A stretch of DNA of 64,000 nucleotides from Candidatus Binatia bacterium (GTDB lineage: Bacteria; Desulfobacterota; Binatia; UBA9968; CAXXLF01), in assembly GCA_963664015.2 (NCBI GenBank), contig CAXXLF010000001.1:64001-128000 (forward strand), in the 5' to 3' direction. The notes beneath the pieces are model-generated. The model was given only the letters and a program-made list of their open reading frames with translations, ran no database searches and was not told the origin of the DNA. The translations under genes and the position numbers were made by a program. This document shows, one piece after another, positions 38,702 through 48,787 of the stretch (position 1 is the first letter of the stretch; every line of letters begins with the position of its first letter).

Positions 38702-39619
38702 CTATGAGGCTCGATCCACCAAGCCCGGATTGGTGAGCAAATTCCCCGTTAGTTCGAACGCGCGTTGGAGCCGCTGGATTCCGAATCCGGTCAGTGCGAG
38801 ACCTAACATATCCAACGCCAGTGGGTGAAATTGAAGCCCGGTCTCGATGGCCGTAAAACCAGGGATTGGGGGTAGAGCGAACATAGCAACCAGTGGTAGC
38901 AGGTTAAAAGAAGCATGCCCAAGTAGACAGGGGAGCAGGGAGCCGGTCTGAGCGTACCACCAACCCAGGATCGAACCGATGAATATGGCACCGGTTATCT
39001 GCCAAGGGTTGACGTGAAACAGCCCGAACAGCACGGCTGACAGGGCGACCGCCTTCATCACGGGTAAGCGTCGAAGAAACCCGCGCAGGATAATACCACG
39101 GAAGAGCAGCTCCTCGGTCACCGGTGCTACAATGATAAGAAGGAAGAAACTGGCCACCGGATTGATCTGGGTACTCAGGTACAACCGGGATAGGTCAAAA
39201 CTCGCTGGAGGGGGCCCCAACAGATACCGGAGCAGGTTATCGGCCTCAGAAGCAAGGATGCTCGAGCCCAAAATCACCGCAGCCATAGGCCCCATAAGAG
39301 CAGAGTCGACCCTCCTGATGCGAAAAACCTGCTTGACCGTGGCGCCAGTCCGCTCGAAACCGAACCAAGTGAGGCTTCCCAGAACGATGATATTGACCAG
39401 TCCAAGCACCCATGGATTGCGCTCGGCTCCGGGTAAGTAGACGGCAATTACAGAGATAGCAAGGATCAGCAGGAAGAACCCGGCGAGCAGCAGCAAAACG
39501 GCCTGTCTCAATCCGGGGTAGGAGGGGATCACGGAAACCTCGGAAGGCCTCTTATCGGTAGGCTGGGTAGGAGCAGCCTGACTGGGATCAACCGTGTCGG
39601 GTTCCTCACTTTTGGGCAT
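38702..39619 (-). CDS. CPBP family (type II CAAX/Abi) intramembrane metalloprotease
   Basis: APVTEELLFRG, FGLFH, GH..FN motifs. Confidence 0.92.
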   Translation of the reverse strand: MPKSEEPDTVDPSQAAPTQPTDKRPSEVSVIPSYPGLRQAVLLLLAGFFLLILAISVIAVYLPGAERNPWVLGLVNIIVLGSLTWFGFERTGATVKQVFRIRRVDSALMGPMAAVILGSSILASEADNLLRYLLGPPPASFDLSRLYLSTQINPVASFFLLIIVAPVTEELLFRGIILRGFLRRLPVMKAVALSAVLFGLFHVNPWQITGAIFIGSILGWWYAQTGSLLPCLLGHASFNLLPLVAMFALPPIPGFTAIETGLQFHPLALDMLGLALTGFGIQRLQRAFELTGNLLTNPGLVDRAS

Positions 39620-39894
39620 AAATATTATTTTTGAATAGTTTCAAATGGTTAGAAAGGGAGATCTAGAGCCTTACCCGGGCCTCATTAGCGTCTAATTTCT
39701 TTGAGTTTTACCATTTGGGCTAGCCAACCGATAAATCGGATAAATGGAATAGGAAAGAGATTAATAGCAAATAGAGGATCCCGTGGACGAGGATTGCCTC
39801 TTCCTTTTGGTGGGGATCTCTCCTCCCAGGCATCACTTCCGGGCGAGCGAATAGACCTTGGATAATACGGCCACAAACTGCACGGGGGTGCTGT

Positions 39895-40956
39895 TCAGTT
39901 CCACATGGTGATACCCATGAGTAGTCGGCCCTTCTCCAGATCCTCCATGGCCTGATTGATCTCAGAGAAATCGTACTTCTTGGAGAGCAGCGACTTCACG
40001 TCGATCCTTCCATCCCCGGCTATTTTTAGCACTTCGTTAACATCGTTCGACCTGCGGCTTTGAATTCCCGTCACCTTGATCTCGTTAAAGGCAAACCGGG
40101 CATTGCTAAAGGTGATGGGTCTCGCTCCTAGCCCGCCGACGATCACAGCGGTACCACCGGGGCAGGTGGCATTGACGATCTGATCAGCGGTCTTTACATT
40201 TCCGATACACTCGAAAGATTTGTCAGCCCCCCCACCGGTGATATCCTTGACCGCCTCCACCGGGTCTTTTACCTTACTGGCGTCGACCGTGTGGGTGGCT
40301 CCGAACCTCTTGGCCGCCTCAAGCTTTTCTGCAATTAGGTCCACGGCAACAATCGGGTAGGCACCGAAGAGTTTGAGGAACTGGATCGTATTTAAACCCA
40401 CACCTCCGCAACCGATAACAAGGCTCGAGTCTCCCGGTTCGAGTTCGGCGCCGTGCTTCACCGCGTTGTAAGCGGTGGTCACGCGGCAGCCTATGAGGCT
40501 CGCCTCTTCCAAACTCACGCCATCGGGAATCTTGTTAACCATGTAGCCAGGGGCAGGGACGTACTGGGAAAAGCCACCCACGTTCCAGGGATAGACCAAC
40601 CCTCCGTCTTTCTTCTTGAGCGGCGCGGGCTTAGGGCGGCTACGGCAGATGTTCTCTCTTCCAGCCATACAGTAACGGCACCGGCCGCATTTGTATCTCA
40701 TCCCCACAATGACCCGGTCGCCTTCCTTAAAGGCCGACCGCTGGTCTTTCCCTACCTGGTCAATGGTCCCGGAGACCTCGTGGCCTAACAATGACGGAGA
40801 CTGAAAGGGAGTACTTCCTTCAACGGCTTTGAGGTCCGTATGACAAACTCCGCAGGCAGCAACCCGGATCAGAACGTCACCATCACCGATGGACGGGGTC
40901 TCCATTTCTTCGATTTGTAACGGTTTGCGCGCTTCGTAGAGTACTGCAGCTTTCAT
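39895..40956 (-). CDS. Zn-dependent alcohol dehydrogenase (MDR family)
   Basis: CGVCHTD, GHE, CGRCRYC...C, GCGGVG motifs. Confidence 0.93.
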   Translation of the reverse strand: MKAAVLYEARKPLQIEEMETPSIGDGDVLIRVAACGVCHTDLKAVEGSTPFQSPSLLGHEVSGTIDQVGKDQRSAFKEGDRVIVGMRYKCGRCRYCMAGRENICRSRPKPAPLKKKDGGLVYPWNVGGFSQYVPAPGYMVNKIPDGVSLEEASLIGCRVTTAYNAVKHGAELEPGDSSLVIGCGGVGLNTIQFLKLFGAYPIVAVDLIAEKLEAAKRFGATHTVDASKVKDPVEAVKDITGGGADKSFECIGNVKTADQIVNATCPGGTAVIVGGLGARPITFSNARFAFNEIKVTGIQSRRSNDVNEVLKIAGDGRIDVKSLLSKKYDFSEINQAMEDLEKGRLLMGITMWN

Positions 40957-40968
40957 AATCCCAACCTC

Positions 40969-41997
40969 CTAGATCTGGTAAAATTTTCTGGCATTATCTC
41001 CCAGGATGGCCGCCTTGTGTTCGTCGGCAATATCCTTTCGTTCCCGTATCTCGTCAATCTCTTCCATACAGTTGCCGAGAGTGATCTCATGGGGGAAGTC
41101 GGATGCGAACATGAAGGGTTCCGGACCGACTCGCTCGATGGCATAGGCCAAAGCCCGTTCATTGCCCTCACAGCCGACAAAGAACTGACCTCCGCGAAAG
41201 TAGTCTTCGATCTTTCGCGGCAAGTCCAGGCCTCCGTACGCGGCCTCCCGCTCGAGCCGATCCAAAACCATGGGGATCCAAGCTGTGCCCCCCTCGAGGA
41301 AACCCACGCGTAATTTGGGAAAGCGGTCCAGCACCCCGTCTACGATCATCCCGGTCATGGCTATGGCCAGGGGAACCGGCATGCCCAGCGCCCGGGTGGC
41401 CGGAAAGACGGTAAAGGTATTGAATCCCAGATCGCTATAGCTTCCCCCATGGACCGCCATGGCGCAACCCAGTTTCTCCGCTTCTGCATAGATGGGCCAG
41501 AACTCTTTGGACGATATATGACGTTTAAGTCCGTTAGAAGGGATCATCGCCGCCACCATCCCCAGCTCCGTAACCGCCCGGCGCAGCTCCTCAACCGCCA
41601 TGCTGGGGTCCTGCATGGGGATGAGCGCAACTCCCTTCAATCGCGGGCTGGCCTTCAGATACTTCTCGTGAAGCCAGTTATTATAGGCTCGGGCAAACCC
41701 CAGGGCCCACTCGGGGTACTGGATATGGCCGTAGGCCAGGGCACCCGTGGTGAAAAGAGCCGCCGATTCGATTCCAGTCTTCTCTAAGAATGCGATCCAT
41801 TCATTAGGACCCACGGACCAGTCAAAGGTCCCCTTCTTCGGAAGGATTTGACTCGGGGTGTGAAACTCATCGAGGCTCGGCATCATCCGGCTCTTGGTCA
41901 TGTAACCCCAGGCTGTAAACGGCTCTTCGATGAACTCGTTCAACTCCCGTTCGTTGATCATCACGTGCCCGTCGGAGTCAACGTACTTCTTTGACAT
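40969..41997 (-). CDS. Amidohydrolase_2 family protein (close paralog of 28383-29405)
   Basis: VDSDGHV, AVHGG, FLEGG, FASDFPH motifs. Confidence 0.92.
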   Translation of the reverse strand: MSKKYVDSDGHVMINERELNEFIEEPFTAWGYMTKSRMMPSLDEFHTPSQILPKKGTFDWSVGPNEWIAFLEKTGIESAALFTTGALAYGHIQYPEWALGFARAYNNWLHEKYLKASPRLKGVALIPMQDPSMAVEELRRAVTELGMVAAMIPSNGLKRHISSKEFWPIYAEAEKLGCAMAVHGGSYSDLGFNTFTVFPATRALGMPVPLAIAMTGMIVDGVLDRFPKLRVGFLEGGTAWIPMVLDRLEREAAYGGLDLPRKIEDYFRGGQFFVGCEGNERALAYAIERVGPEPFMFASDFPHEITLGNCMEEIDEIRERKDIADEHKAAILGDNARKFYQI

Positions 41998-42147
41998 CGG
42001 TACCCCTCCTAATGGGTTTAGCTAAAGGTCTTGTTAAAAAGACTTTTAATCTAATTTTCAAAAAAAGGCTATCCATGCTCATAGCTCTCAGCATCCCTGC
42101 CTGTCAAGGAGGAACCGTTATCCCAATTATCGCTGTAATTTTAATGA

Positions 42148-42603
42148 TTAAAAGTGTCGCAGGAGCTCTTCCATGCCATCGATCTCCGAGGTCGTCAGCA
42201 GCATGATCTCGTTGGACTCGCCCGAATCAGCGGCCGCTGCATAATGGTGCCAAGCGGTGAGTTCCCGATAAAGGAGTATAGCGATCATGGTTCGCTTTAA
42301 GACCCTCTCGTTATTTCCTTTTGGCTTTTTGATGCTTATCTTCGCGACCTTGGCCGGTACGGGTTTGGGATCAGAAATCATTTGATCCGGAACCGATACC
42401 GCCGCGTAAGCATTCGAGTTACTGGACCTAGCTACGATATCATCAAGTGAATTTGGGAGAATCGCATCGATGGATGTCTGGTTTGAGTCTATACAATCTG
42501 AGCTACACTTAGAGGCGTTTCCATAAGGGGATAAAAACAGCAGCACGACGAGGAGAGTACCGATACCTATAGCAATTGTGGACTTTCTAATTCAGTGTTG
42601 CAT
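42148..42603 (-). pseudogene. Secreted hypothetical protein with a nonsense codon at position 4
   Basis: RBS GGAGGA, then ATG CAA CAC TGA, then signal-peptide-like IRKSTIAIGIGTLLVVLLFL in frame with ORF 42148-42546. Confidence 0.55.
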
Positions 42604-42659
42604 TTGAGGCTCCTCCTTCCTTCTTTTTTGTGTTTCACATTGGGTCTGCACTCTTACGT

Positions 42660-42675
42660 AGCAAGATTATTGCCA
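42660..42675 (-). promoter_or_regulatory. Sigma54 -24/-12 promoter
   Basis: Minus strand TGGCAA-TAATC-TTGCT, 57 nt upstream of ATG 42603. Confidence 0.55.
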
Positions 42676-42862
42676 CCAGGAAAAGTACCGTTTTCCAATG
42701 TAAAACTGGAATGTCAAACCGAAATGATGGGAAGGGGACGAGCTTGACAATCAGCACGATCAACGACAACACTAGTAAAATACGATACTTATATATCGTT
42801 ATTTAATGTCTGGAGAAGTTAGTTTCAATTTGAGACGACTCTGCAGCTATGGAGCGTACGGG

Positions 42863-43855
42863 TCAGTACTTATAGCCTATGACCAGCGATGAAGTGAGTG
42901 GATCGGGAAGGGCGATATGATCAGTGGAAACAAAGCCCGCAGCCTGGAGCCAACCCTGCACTTCCTCCGATGAATAACACCGCCCAAGTTCGGTTGTAAG
43001 CAGCATCAGTAAGGCAAATGCGGCACCAACAGGGGGCCCTGTTCGGGCGCTGTCCAGGATGTGATCTTTTATAACGATTCTGCCTCCCGCATCCAGGCAG
43101 GTGTAAAGTTTGGACATCAAGCGACGGTTTTCTTCTTCTCCCTCCGAATGAATGATATTAGACAAAAATATCATTTGATAGGTTCCAGGTATGGGATCGT
43201 GTCGATAGTCACCTTTAATAAGTTGAATCTGATTCCCTACCCCGGCCTCTTTGACAAACTTATCGGTCATCTTTAAGGTTTCCGGAAGATCAAACAAAGT
43301 GGCACGGAGTTGGGCAAATTTCATGCACCATTGAATCGCGTAGGAGGCAGGTCCGGGCCCCAAATCGAGCATCTCCTGGACCCCACTAATGTTCATATTA
43401 TCGGCTACGACCTCGGCGTCCCCACGGGCCTTGACCAGAGAGTCCATCCCCAGAATAAATCGTTCCGTTTCTCGACGATCCCCTTGATACATGTCCGGCG
43501 TTCGGACCGGAGCCCCACGACGAACCGCTTGCTCTAGTTCCCCCCAGCTTCCCCAAAGGGAAGCGTCGAAAAGGATCATATGGCCATAGTATTTGGGGGA
43601 ACTGGTTACTAGATATTCAGTTGAGACGTCGTTCAACGTGAAGAACTGGTCATGCTTATCCAGGAGCCCGAAGGAGACCAACGCGTTGAGGAGGAGCTCC
43701 GTTGCCCGGACATCCGTAGCAAGAGACAAAGCCAGGGATGAGGCGCTGCAGCCACCACCGTCAAGTGCGTCAAACAACTTCATTGCGACAGCCACTTGGA
43801 TAATCCGGGCTTCCACATGCCCCGATGCCAGGCGCGCCAGTAGGGAATAGTCCAA
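42863..43855 (-). CDS. SAM-dependent O-methyltransferase with dimerisation domain (Methyltransf_2)
   Basis: LDLGPGP, LFDLP, GDY, LSNIIH motifs; TTG start 1 nt after the upstream stop. Confidence 0.88.
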   Translation of the reverse strand: MDYSLLARLASGHVEARIIQVAVAMKLFDALDGGGCSASSLALSLATDVRATELLLNALVSFGLLDKHDQFFTLNDVSTEYLVTSSPKYYGHMILFDASLWGSWGELEQAVRRGAPVRTPDMYQGDRRETERFILGMDSLVKARGDAEVVADNMNISGVQEMLDLGPGPASYAIQWCMKFAQLRATLFDLPETLKMTDKFVKEAGVGNQIQLIKGDYRHDPIPGTYQMIFLSNIIHSEGEEENRRLMSKLYTCLDAGGRIVIKDHILDSARTGPPVGAAFALLMLLTTELGRCYSSEEVQGWLQAAGFVSTDHIALPDPLTSSLVIGYKY

Positions 43856-43856
43856 T

Positions 43857-45302
43857 TTAGATTCGCTCGATGATCCGATAGGTACGGCTCTTCGGCTTGA
43901 TGGGGGCAATGATTCCAAGCTTCACCAACGATCGAATTTCCCGGTAGGCTGTATCCCTATCGACCTCACCGATCCGTTGGTAGTCCATTGTGGACATGGC
44001 CTTACCATGGGAATAGGCGTAAACTAGAAGGCGCTTTTGCCGATAGTTCACCTGCAATCGGCGGAACTGGTTCAGCCACTTCAGCGTCGATTCGTCATAG
44101 ATCGGCGTATTGCGTAAAGTGACGGAGAAGAAAAAACCCTCGCTGGTAAACTCTGGCGGCCGCAATCCATACTGCTCCATATCCTGAAACATTCTGGGTA
44201 CACCTTCACCCATCTCCTGCAGGTAGCCGAGATCGGCAAGAACCCGGATGAGCAGTGGATTTCGCGAGAAGTGAACCCTTTTTTGCAATCGCAGCTGCTC
44301 CACCGTTATCGGTGCAGGGAGCATCCCTGGGCTTCGAACCTCGATACGATCATCAAACATCCACACCTCCGTGGAGGCTCCGGTTAAAGAGTAATCCCGA
44401 TGGGCAACAGCGTTGACCAGTGCTTCTTGCCAAGGTAAGGACGGGTATTCGAGTCGTTCACGGAAGAACAGGTCGTGGAGAACCATCCTTTCCCGGATAT
44501 GCTCCTTAATCCGCCCCACGGCCTCATCGATAAGACGCCAGAGGGGAGCCTCGAAACGGATCCGTTTGATAACATTCATGGAGGTTCCATGCTTACGCTC
44601 GGTACCATCGTATTTGACAAAGTCGATCCCGCATCGGGGGTGCCAGCGGGTAGGGTCCTTCGCAAAGAGGAGCAAGCAGGCCATCTTCAGGGTGGGTCTG
44701 GCCGACGATCGGTCCACAAGATGGTAGGCCTGCTCCAACAGCGCCTGGGGTTCCCTGGGATCGGCGATCTTATTACCGATGGACTTAACGGCTTCCAGGT
44801 CCAGATCCTCCCAGGTTGCATCCGAGACCGTGTGCCGTTCGTAAGGAAAGGACCGTTTCGCATCTCGCAGAGACTGAATCTGTTCCGCAGGAATCGATGC
44901 ATTTTCAGCCGCCACCCGGTAATAGGTGCGTCCACCGGATACCCGATGGAGCTCAAGGGAGGACCCTACGGAGATCTTGAGTAAAAGCAGGTTCCCAAGA
45001 TTGAACTTTTCAAATAATGGATAAATCGGAGGGCTAATCATACCCTGGGTAGCCTGGAGCAGGCTCTGGTATTCCTCCGGCGAGTGCGGAATGCCCGTAA
45101 TACTCTTGTCTTTTTCTACCCCGACCAACAAGGTCCCCCCATCAGCATTGGCCATACCGCCGACGAGTCGGGCAATCTCTCGAACGAGTTCATTCAACGC
45201 TCTGGGGGGTGTCCCTTTTTTGTTCAGTTCGTAGGCGCTGACGAATTCGAGGAACTGCCCCCTTTCATGCCTAAGCAGGCTTTCGAGATCTTCCCCTTGC
45301 AT
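43857..45302 (-). CDS. AlbA_2 (Schlafen-like) domain plus HATPase_c_4 (RecG C-terminal-like) plus wHTH protein
   Basis: LEF, MANADGGTLLVGV, EALVNAVAHRDY, DRIEVRSPG, SRNPL, GEGVPRM motifs. Confidence 0.88.
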   Translation of the reverse strand: MQGEDLESLLRHERGQFLEFVSAYELNKKGTPPRALNELVREIARLVGGMANADGGTLLVGVEKDKSITGIPHSPEEYQSLLQATQGMISPPIYPLFEKFNLGNLLLLKISVGSSLELHRVSGGRTYYRVAAENASIPAEQIQSLRDAKRSFPYERHTVSDATWEDLDLEAVKSIGNKIADPREPQALLEQAYHLVDRSSARPTLKMACLLLFAKDPTRWHPRCGIDFVKYDGTERKHGTSMNVIKRIRFEAPLWRLIDEAVGRIKEHIRERMVLHDLFFRERLEYPSLPWQEALVNAVAHRDYSLTGASTEVWMFDDRIEVRSPGMLPAPITVEQLRLQKRVHFSRNPLLIRVLADLGYLQEMGEGVPRMFQDMEQYGLRPPEFTSEGFFFSVTLRNTPIYDESTLKWLNQFRRLQVNYRQKRLLVYAYSHGKAMSTMDYQRIGEVDRDTAYREIRSLVKLGIIAPIKPKSRTYRIIERI

Positions 45303-45306
45303 GACA

Positions 45307-45840
45307 TCAATCCCTCGCAGAAATGTAGAAATCGTTCAGGTCAAGCCATTCATTCACGGTATGAATCTCCCGTATGCCGGTGGACAGATTCGCGACTTCC
45401 AGACCCTTTTTATTGAAAACGTCGGCGTCGCACCCCCCCCCCGGTGGCCATAACCTGCACATGCATTCCCATTCTGGCAGCCGCTGATTGGACAAACGTA
45501 CGTTGGGAGATTCATAAGAAAGATCCATGGTATCGTCCTGTCTTTCAATTGAAGCCTTCACCGTCGGCCGATAGGGCTTATCGTCGACCTCTAAACCAAC
45601 TGTATCCATGTGGGCAGAAAGTAAAATCGGCTTAACCTCCCGGACATTGCCGTCAAAATGCACAATCACATTACCGACTTAGCCCCCCACTTTTCCACCG
45701 GCATCATCGAATCGCACCCGGCACCCCAGCTCTTCCATCTCTCGCTTCAGGCGCTGGAAGATAGCTCCCTCCTTACGGGAAATGCTATCGATTTGAACCA
45801 GCTTGATTAGCAGGTTTTGGAGTCTTTCGCGTTGAATCAA
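45307..45840 (-). pseudogene. M20 peptidase T-like (YqjE-type) pseudogene with a stop and a large internal deletion
   Basis: LVQIDSISRKE...GG*VGNVI...LSAHMDTV joined directly to the C-terminal GGGCDA..N...NLSTGI.EIHTVNE. Confidence 0.8.
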
Positions 45841-45908
45841 AATTCATCCTCCCGCAGGGCTAGGAGTTGGGAGCCGACAAAGCGCGACGGCCTGTGGTCC
45901 CTGGGAAT

Positions 45909-46817
45909 TTACGTTTCGAAACCTTGGGAATCTAATTCTCTGAGCAAGTGAGTGAATTCCAATTGGCTATAGAGCTCCCGTAACTTGTCCATGCTGGGCT
46001 TACGATACCGGAAGTGATCCAACTCCAGAGGAACGGGAACATCGGTCCTCACGGTGGCCAACTCGCGGCTCAACATGGCGTCATCACGGCCTTCAATTAG
46101 GGCCTTACGAACCCGTGCGCGCCCCCTTATTTTAACTTGATCCAAATCATCGAGATGGTCGTAGAGGTTCTCCAACGTATGAAATTGCTGAATCAGCGCG
46201 ATGGCCGTTTTTTCCCCAATCCCTTTAACCCCTCGAATGTTATCGACCGCGTCGCCCATGAGGGCCATAACCTCAACGACTTTGGACGGGTCCACTCCGA
46301 ACTTTTGCCGGACCTCCTCCACCCCGATCCACTTGGCTTTCATGGTATCCAACATGCGGACCGAGCCACCAACCAGTTGCATTAGATCCTTATCCCCCGA
46401 AACAATCACAACTTCTGTATCCGAGGAAGAAAAATGCTTTGCCAGGGTTGCGATTAAATCGTCCGCTTCAAACCCATCGTGCTCCAGCACCGCGATATTC
46501 ATCGCCTGGAGGACCTGCCGGATATATGGGAACTGGGGGATCAGATCGTCGGGAGCCTCGGGCCGGTTGGCCTTGTAATCTCGGTAGATCTCGTCTCTAA
46601 AGGTCTCGCCCCCCGTGTCGAAGACCATAACCAGCCACTGGGGCCTTTGATCCTTAAGAAGTTTCAGGGTCATGGTCGTAAAGCCGTAAATCGCATGGGT
46701 GGCAAGCCCGGAAGAATTCGTGAGCCGCGGCATGCCAAAATACGCACGAAAAATATAGGAGCTTCCGTCGATCAGATAGATCCGTGGAGCATCGCCGCCA
46801 CCGGCAGGATTGCTCAT
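45909..46817 (-). CDS. Stand-alone 5'-3' exonuclease/flap endonuclease (PolA N-terminal-like)
   Basis: LIDGSS, VFD, YKANR, FEADD, SGDKD, GDAVDNIRGVKGIGEKTA; ends at the domain boundary. Confidence 0.92.
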   Translation of the reverse strand: MSNPAGGGDAPRIYLIDGSSYIFRAYFGMPRLTNSSGLATHAIYGFTTMTLKLLKDQRPQWLVMVFDTGGETFRDEIYRDYKANRPEAPDDLIPQFPYIRQVLQAMNIAVLEHDGFEADDLIATLAKHFSSSDTEVVIVSGDKDLMQLVGGSVRMLDTMKAKWIGVEEVRQKFGVDPSKVVEVMALMGDAVDNIRGVKGIGEKTAIALIQQFHTLENLYDHLDDLDQVKIRGRARVRKALIEGRDDAMLSRELATVRTDVPVPLELDHFRYRKPSMDKLRELYSQLEFTHLLRELDSQGFET

Positions 46818-47039
46818 GATTTTACCCGAGTCCTTTTTCGTAACTTTAGATAACCTGGTTGTAATGCCATACGATTGAAGAAAAGGAATGAGGCCGGAAC
46901 TTGACTTCGGCCAACCGACAATTCACAAAGGGTACCTGTTTGCGATTAGCTCAATTCCCCCCAAAGAGCAAGAGTGAAACCCAATTGGCCGGTGACAGGA
47001 CACCCGATGTGTTATTCGTGAGCCCCCCACGCTTCCGTC

Positions 47040-47437
47040 TCAAACAGAATTTCCCCTTTAAATTCAATCCAAGAAATTTTATTTTCTCCCGGTCAGATTT
47101 TTCTCTTGCATTGGAACTGGAAAATGTTTAAAAAATCCTCCTTGAGAATTATTTTGCAACACGATTGCTAACGGCGCTCCTCTAAAGAAATCGGCAAACC
47201 AGAAATGCAACAACTGACCTGTATGTTCCGCAGCCCAATTGTTTTCGCCTTATCCTCTATCGTCCCTTTATTTGCGGCCAGCCGGACCCTGCTCATAGGT
47301 CTGCTTATAAATGCCTTTAAACGATCGAATTATCTTATCCTTCCAATTCTATCCACAGTTGTGGATAGTTGTAAACATAAACGGTCGACCTTTTGGGTCT
47401 ATAAAACGGGCGCCTAACGTCGCTCGTCGAGGGTGGT
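47040..47437. promoter_or_regulatory. dnaA upstream region with DnaA boxes; candidate oriC or autoregulatory site
   Basis: Inverted DnaA-box pair CTATCCACA (47349-47357) and TGTGGATAG (47360-47368); weaker TTATCC hits; AT-rich tract about 47040-47160. Confidence 0.55.
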
Positions 47438-48757
47438 ATGGATTTGTGGCAAGAGGCCTTAAAACTGCTTGAACACCGGTTGGGTCAACACAACTTCGGA
47501 ACCTGGATCAAGCCGATACGAGCCAGAATCGGGGCCGGCGGGGAAATCGTCCTGGAGGTGCCGAGCAAGTTTGTTCGCGACTGGCTGATGGCCCACTTTT
47601 TATTCGAGATCCAGGAATGCCTGGCGGAGGTGAGTCATCCGGGGGTCAGCGTCTCGGTGGAGGTCAACCCAAAGGACGGGCAAACCGGCAAAAGTGCCAA
47701 GAAGGTGGAAGCTCCTAAACAGCAACTGCAACCCATTGGGATTACCGGCCTCATACCTAAGTACACCTTCGAAAATTTCGTCGTGGGATCGAGCAATCAA
47801 TTTGCCCATGCGGCGTGCTTGGCCGTAGCAAACCAATCCGGCGATCACTACAATCCACTGTTCCTTTATGGTGGTGTAGGCTTGGGCAAGACCCACCTGG
47901 TCAATGCCATCGGCCATAAAGTGCTTAGAAACCGGCCAGCCTTGAAGGTTACCTATCTGGCCTCCGAATCCTTTATGAACGAGCTAATTACCTCGTTGCG
48001 TAGGGATCGTGCCGCTGAGTTTAAGGCCCGATTTCGTAATGTCGACATACTGATCCTTGACGACGTCCAGTTCCTGGCGGGCAAGGAGAGGACTCAAGAA
48101 GAGTTTTTCCACACCTTTAACTCTCTTTATGAATCCCATAAGCAGATCGTTCTTACATCTGACAAATTTCCCAAAGAAATCCCCGGGCTCGAAGACCGGC
48201 TCAGAAACCGCTTCGAGTGGGGCCTCATCGCCGACATCCAGGCCCCCGACATGGAAACCCGGGTTGCCATTTTGGAAAAAAAGGCCGAGATGGAAGAGGT
48301 TCCGTTGAGCCACGAGGTGGCACTGTTCCTGGCCTCCCACATCGACTCCAACGTCCGGGAGCTCGAAGGGTCTCTCACTCGACTTGGGGCCTTTGCCTCC
48401 CTCACCAAAACCGAAATAACAATCGAACTCGTCAAACAGGTCCTCAAAAACACTTTGCGTGGCATACATAGAGAAGTCACCATTGAAAATATCCAGAAGG
48501 CCATTTGCGATCATTTCAACCTGAAGCTGGGTGACCTGAAATCCAAGCGACGTACCAAAAACATCGCTCAGCCCAGACAGATGGCCATGTATCTCTGCCG
48601 CAAATACACCTCAACCTCATTCCCTGTCATCGGCGACAAGTTCGGCGGCAGGGATCATTCTACAGTTATCCACGCCTCAAAGGTCATTGAGCAACGGATT
48701 AAAAGCGATTCCTCCGTGCAAATAGCCATTGAGAGTTTAGAAAAGCAGCTCAAATGA
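47438..48757 (+). CDS. dnaA: Chromosomal replication initiator DnaA
   Basis: YTFENFVVG, YNPLFLYGGVGLGKTHL, LDDVQF, TQEEFFHTFN, RELEG, GGRDHSTV motifs. Confidence 0.98.
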   Translation: MDLWQEALKLLEHRLGQHNFGTWIKPIRARIGAGGEIVLEVPSKFVRDWLMAHFLFEIQECLAEVSHPGVSVSVEVNPKDGQTGKSAKKVEAPKQQLQPIGITGLIPKYTFENFVVGSSNQFAHAACLAVANQSGDHYNPLFLYGGVGLGKTHLVNAIGHKVLRNRPALKVTYLASESFMNELITSLRRDRAAEFKARFRNVDILILDDVQFLAGKERTQEEFFHTFNSLYESHKQIVLTSDKFPKEIPGLEDRLRNRFEWGLIADIQAPDMETRVAILEKKAEMEEVPLSHEVALFLASHIDSNVRELEGSLTRLGAFASLTKTEITIELVKQVLKNTLRGIHREVTIENIQKAICDHFNLKLGDLKSKRRTKNIAQPRQMAMYLCRKYTSTSFPVIGDKFGGRDHSTVIHASKVIEQRIKSDSSVQIAIESLEKQLK

Positions 48758-48787
48758 TAAAGTCTACCGGGACCGGAAAGGCAGGGC

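Noticed and set aside
45700-45908. Continuation of polA (Klenow fragment) after the 5'-3' exonuclease
   Set aside because: The downstream sequence encodes an M20 peptidase remnant, not polymerase motifs, so this is not a frameshifted polA.
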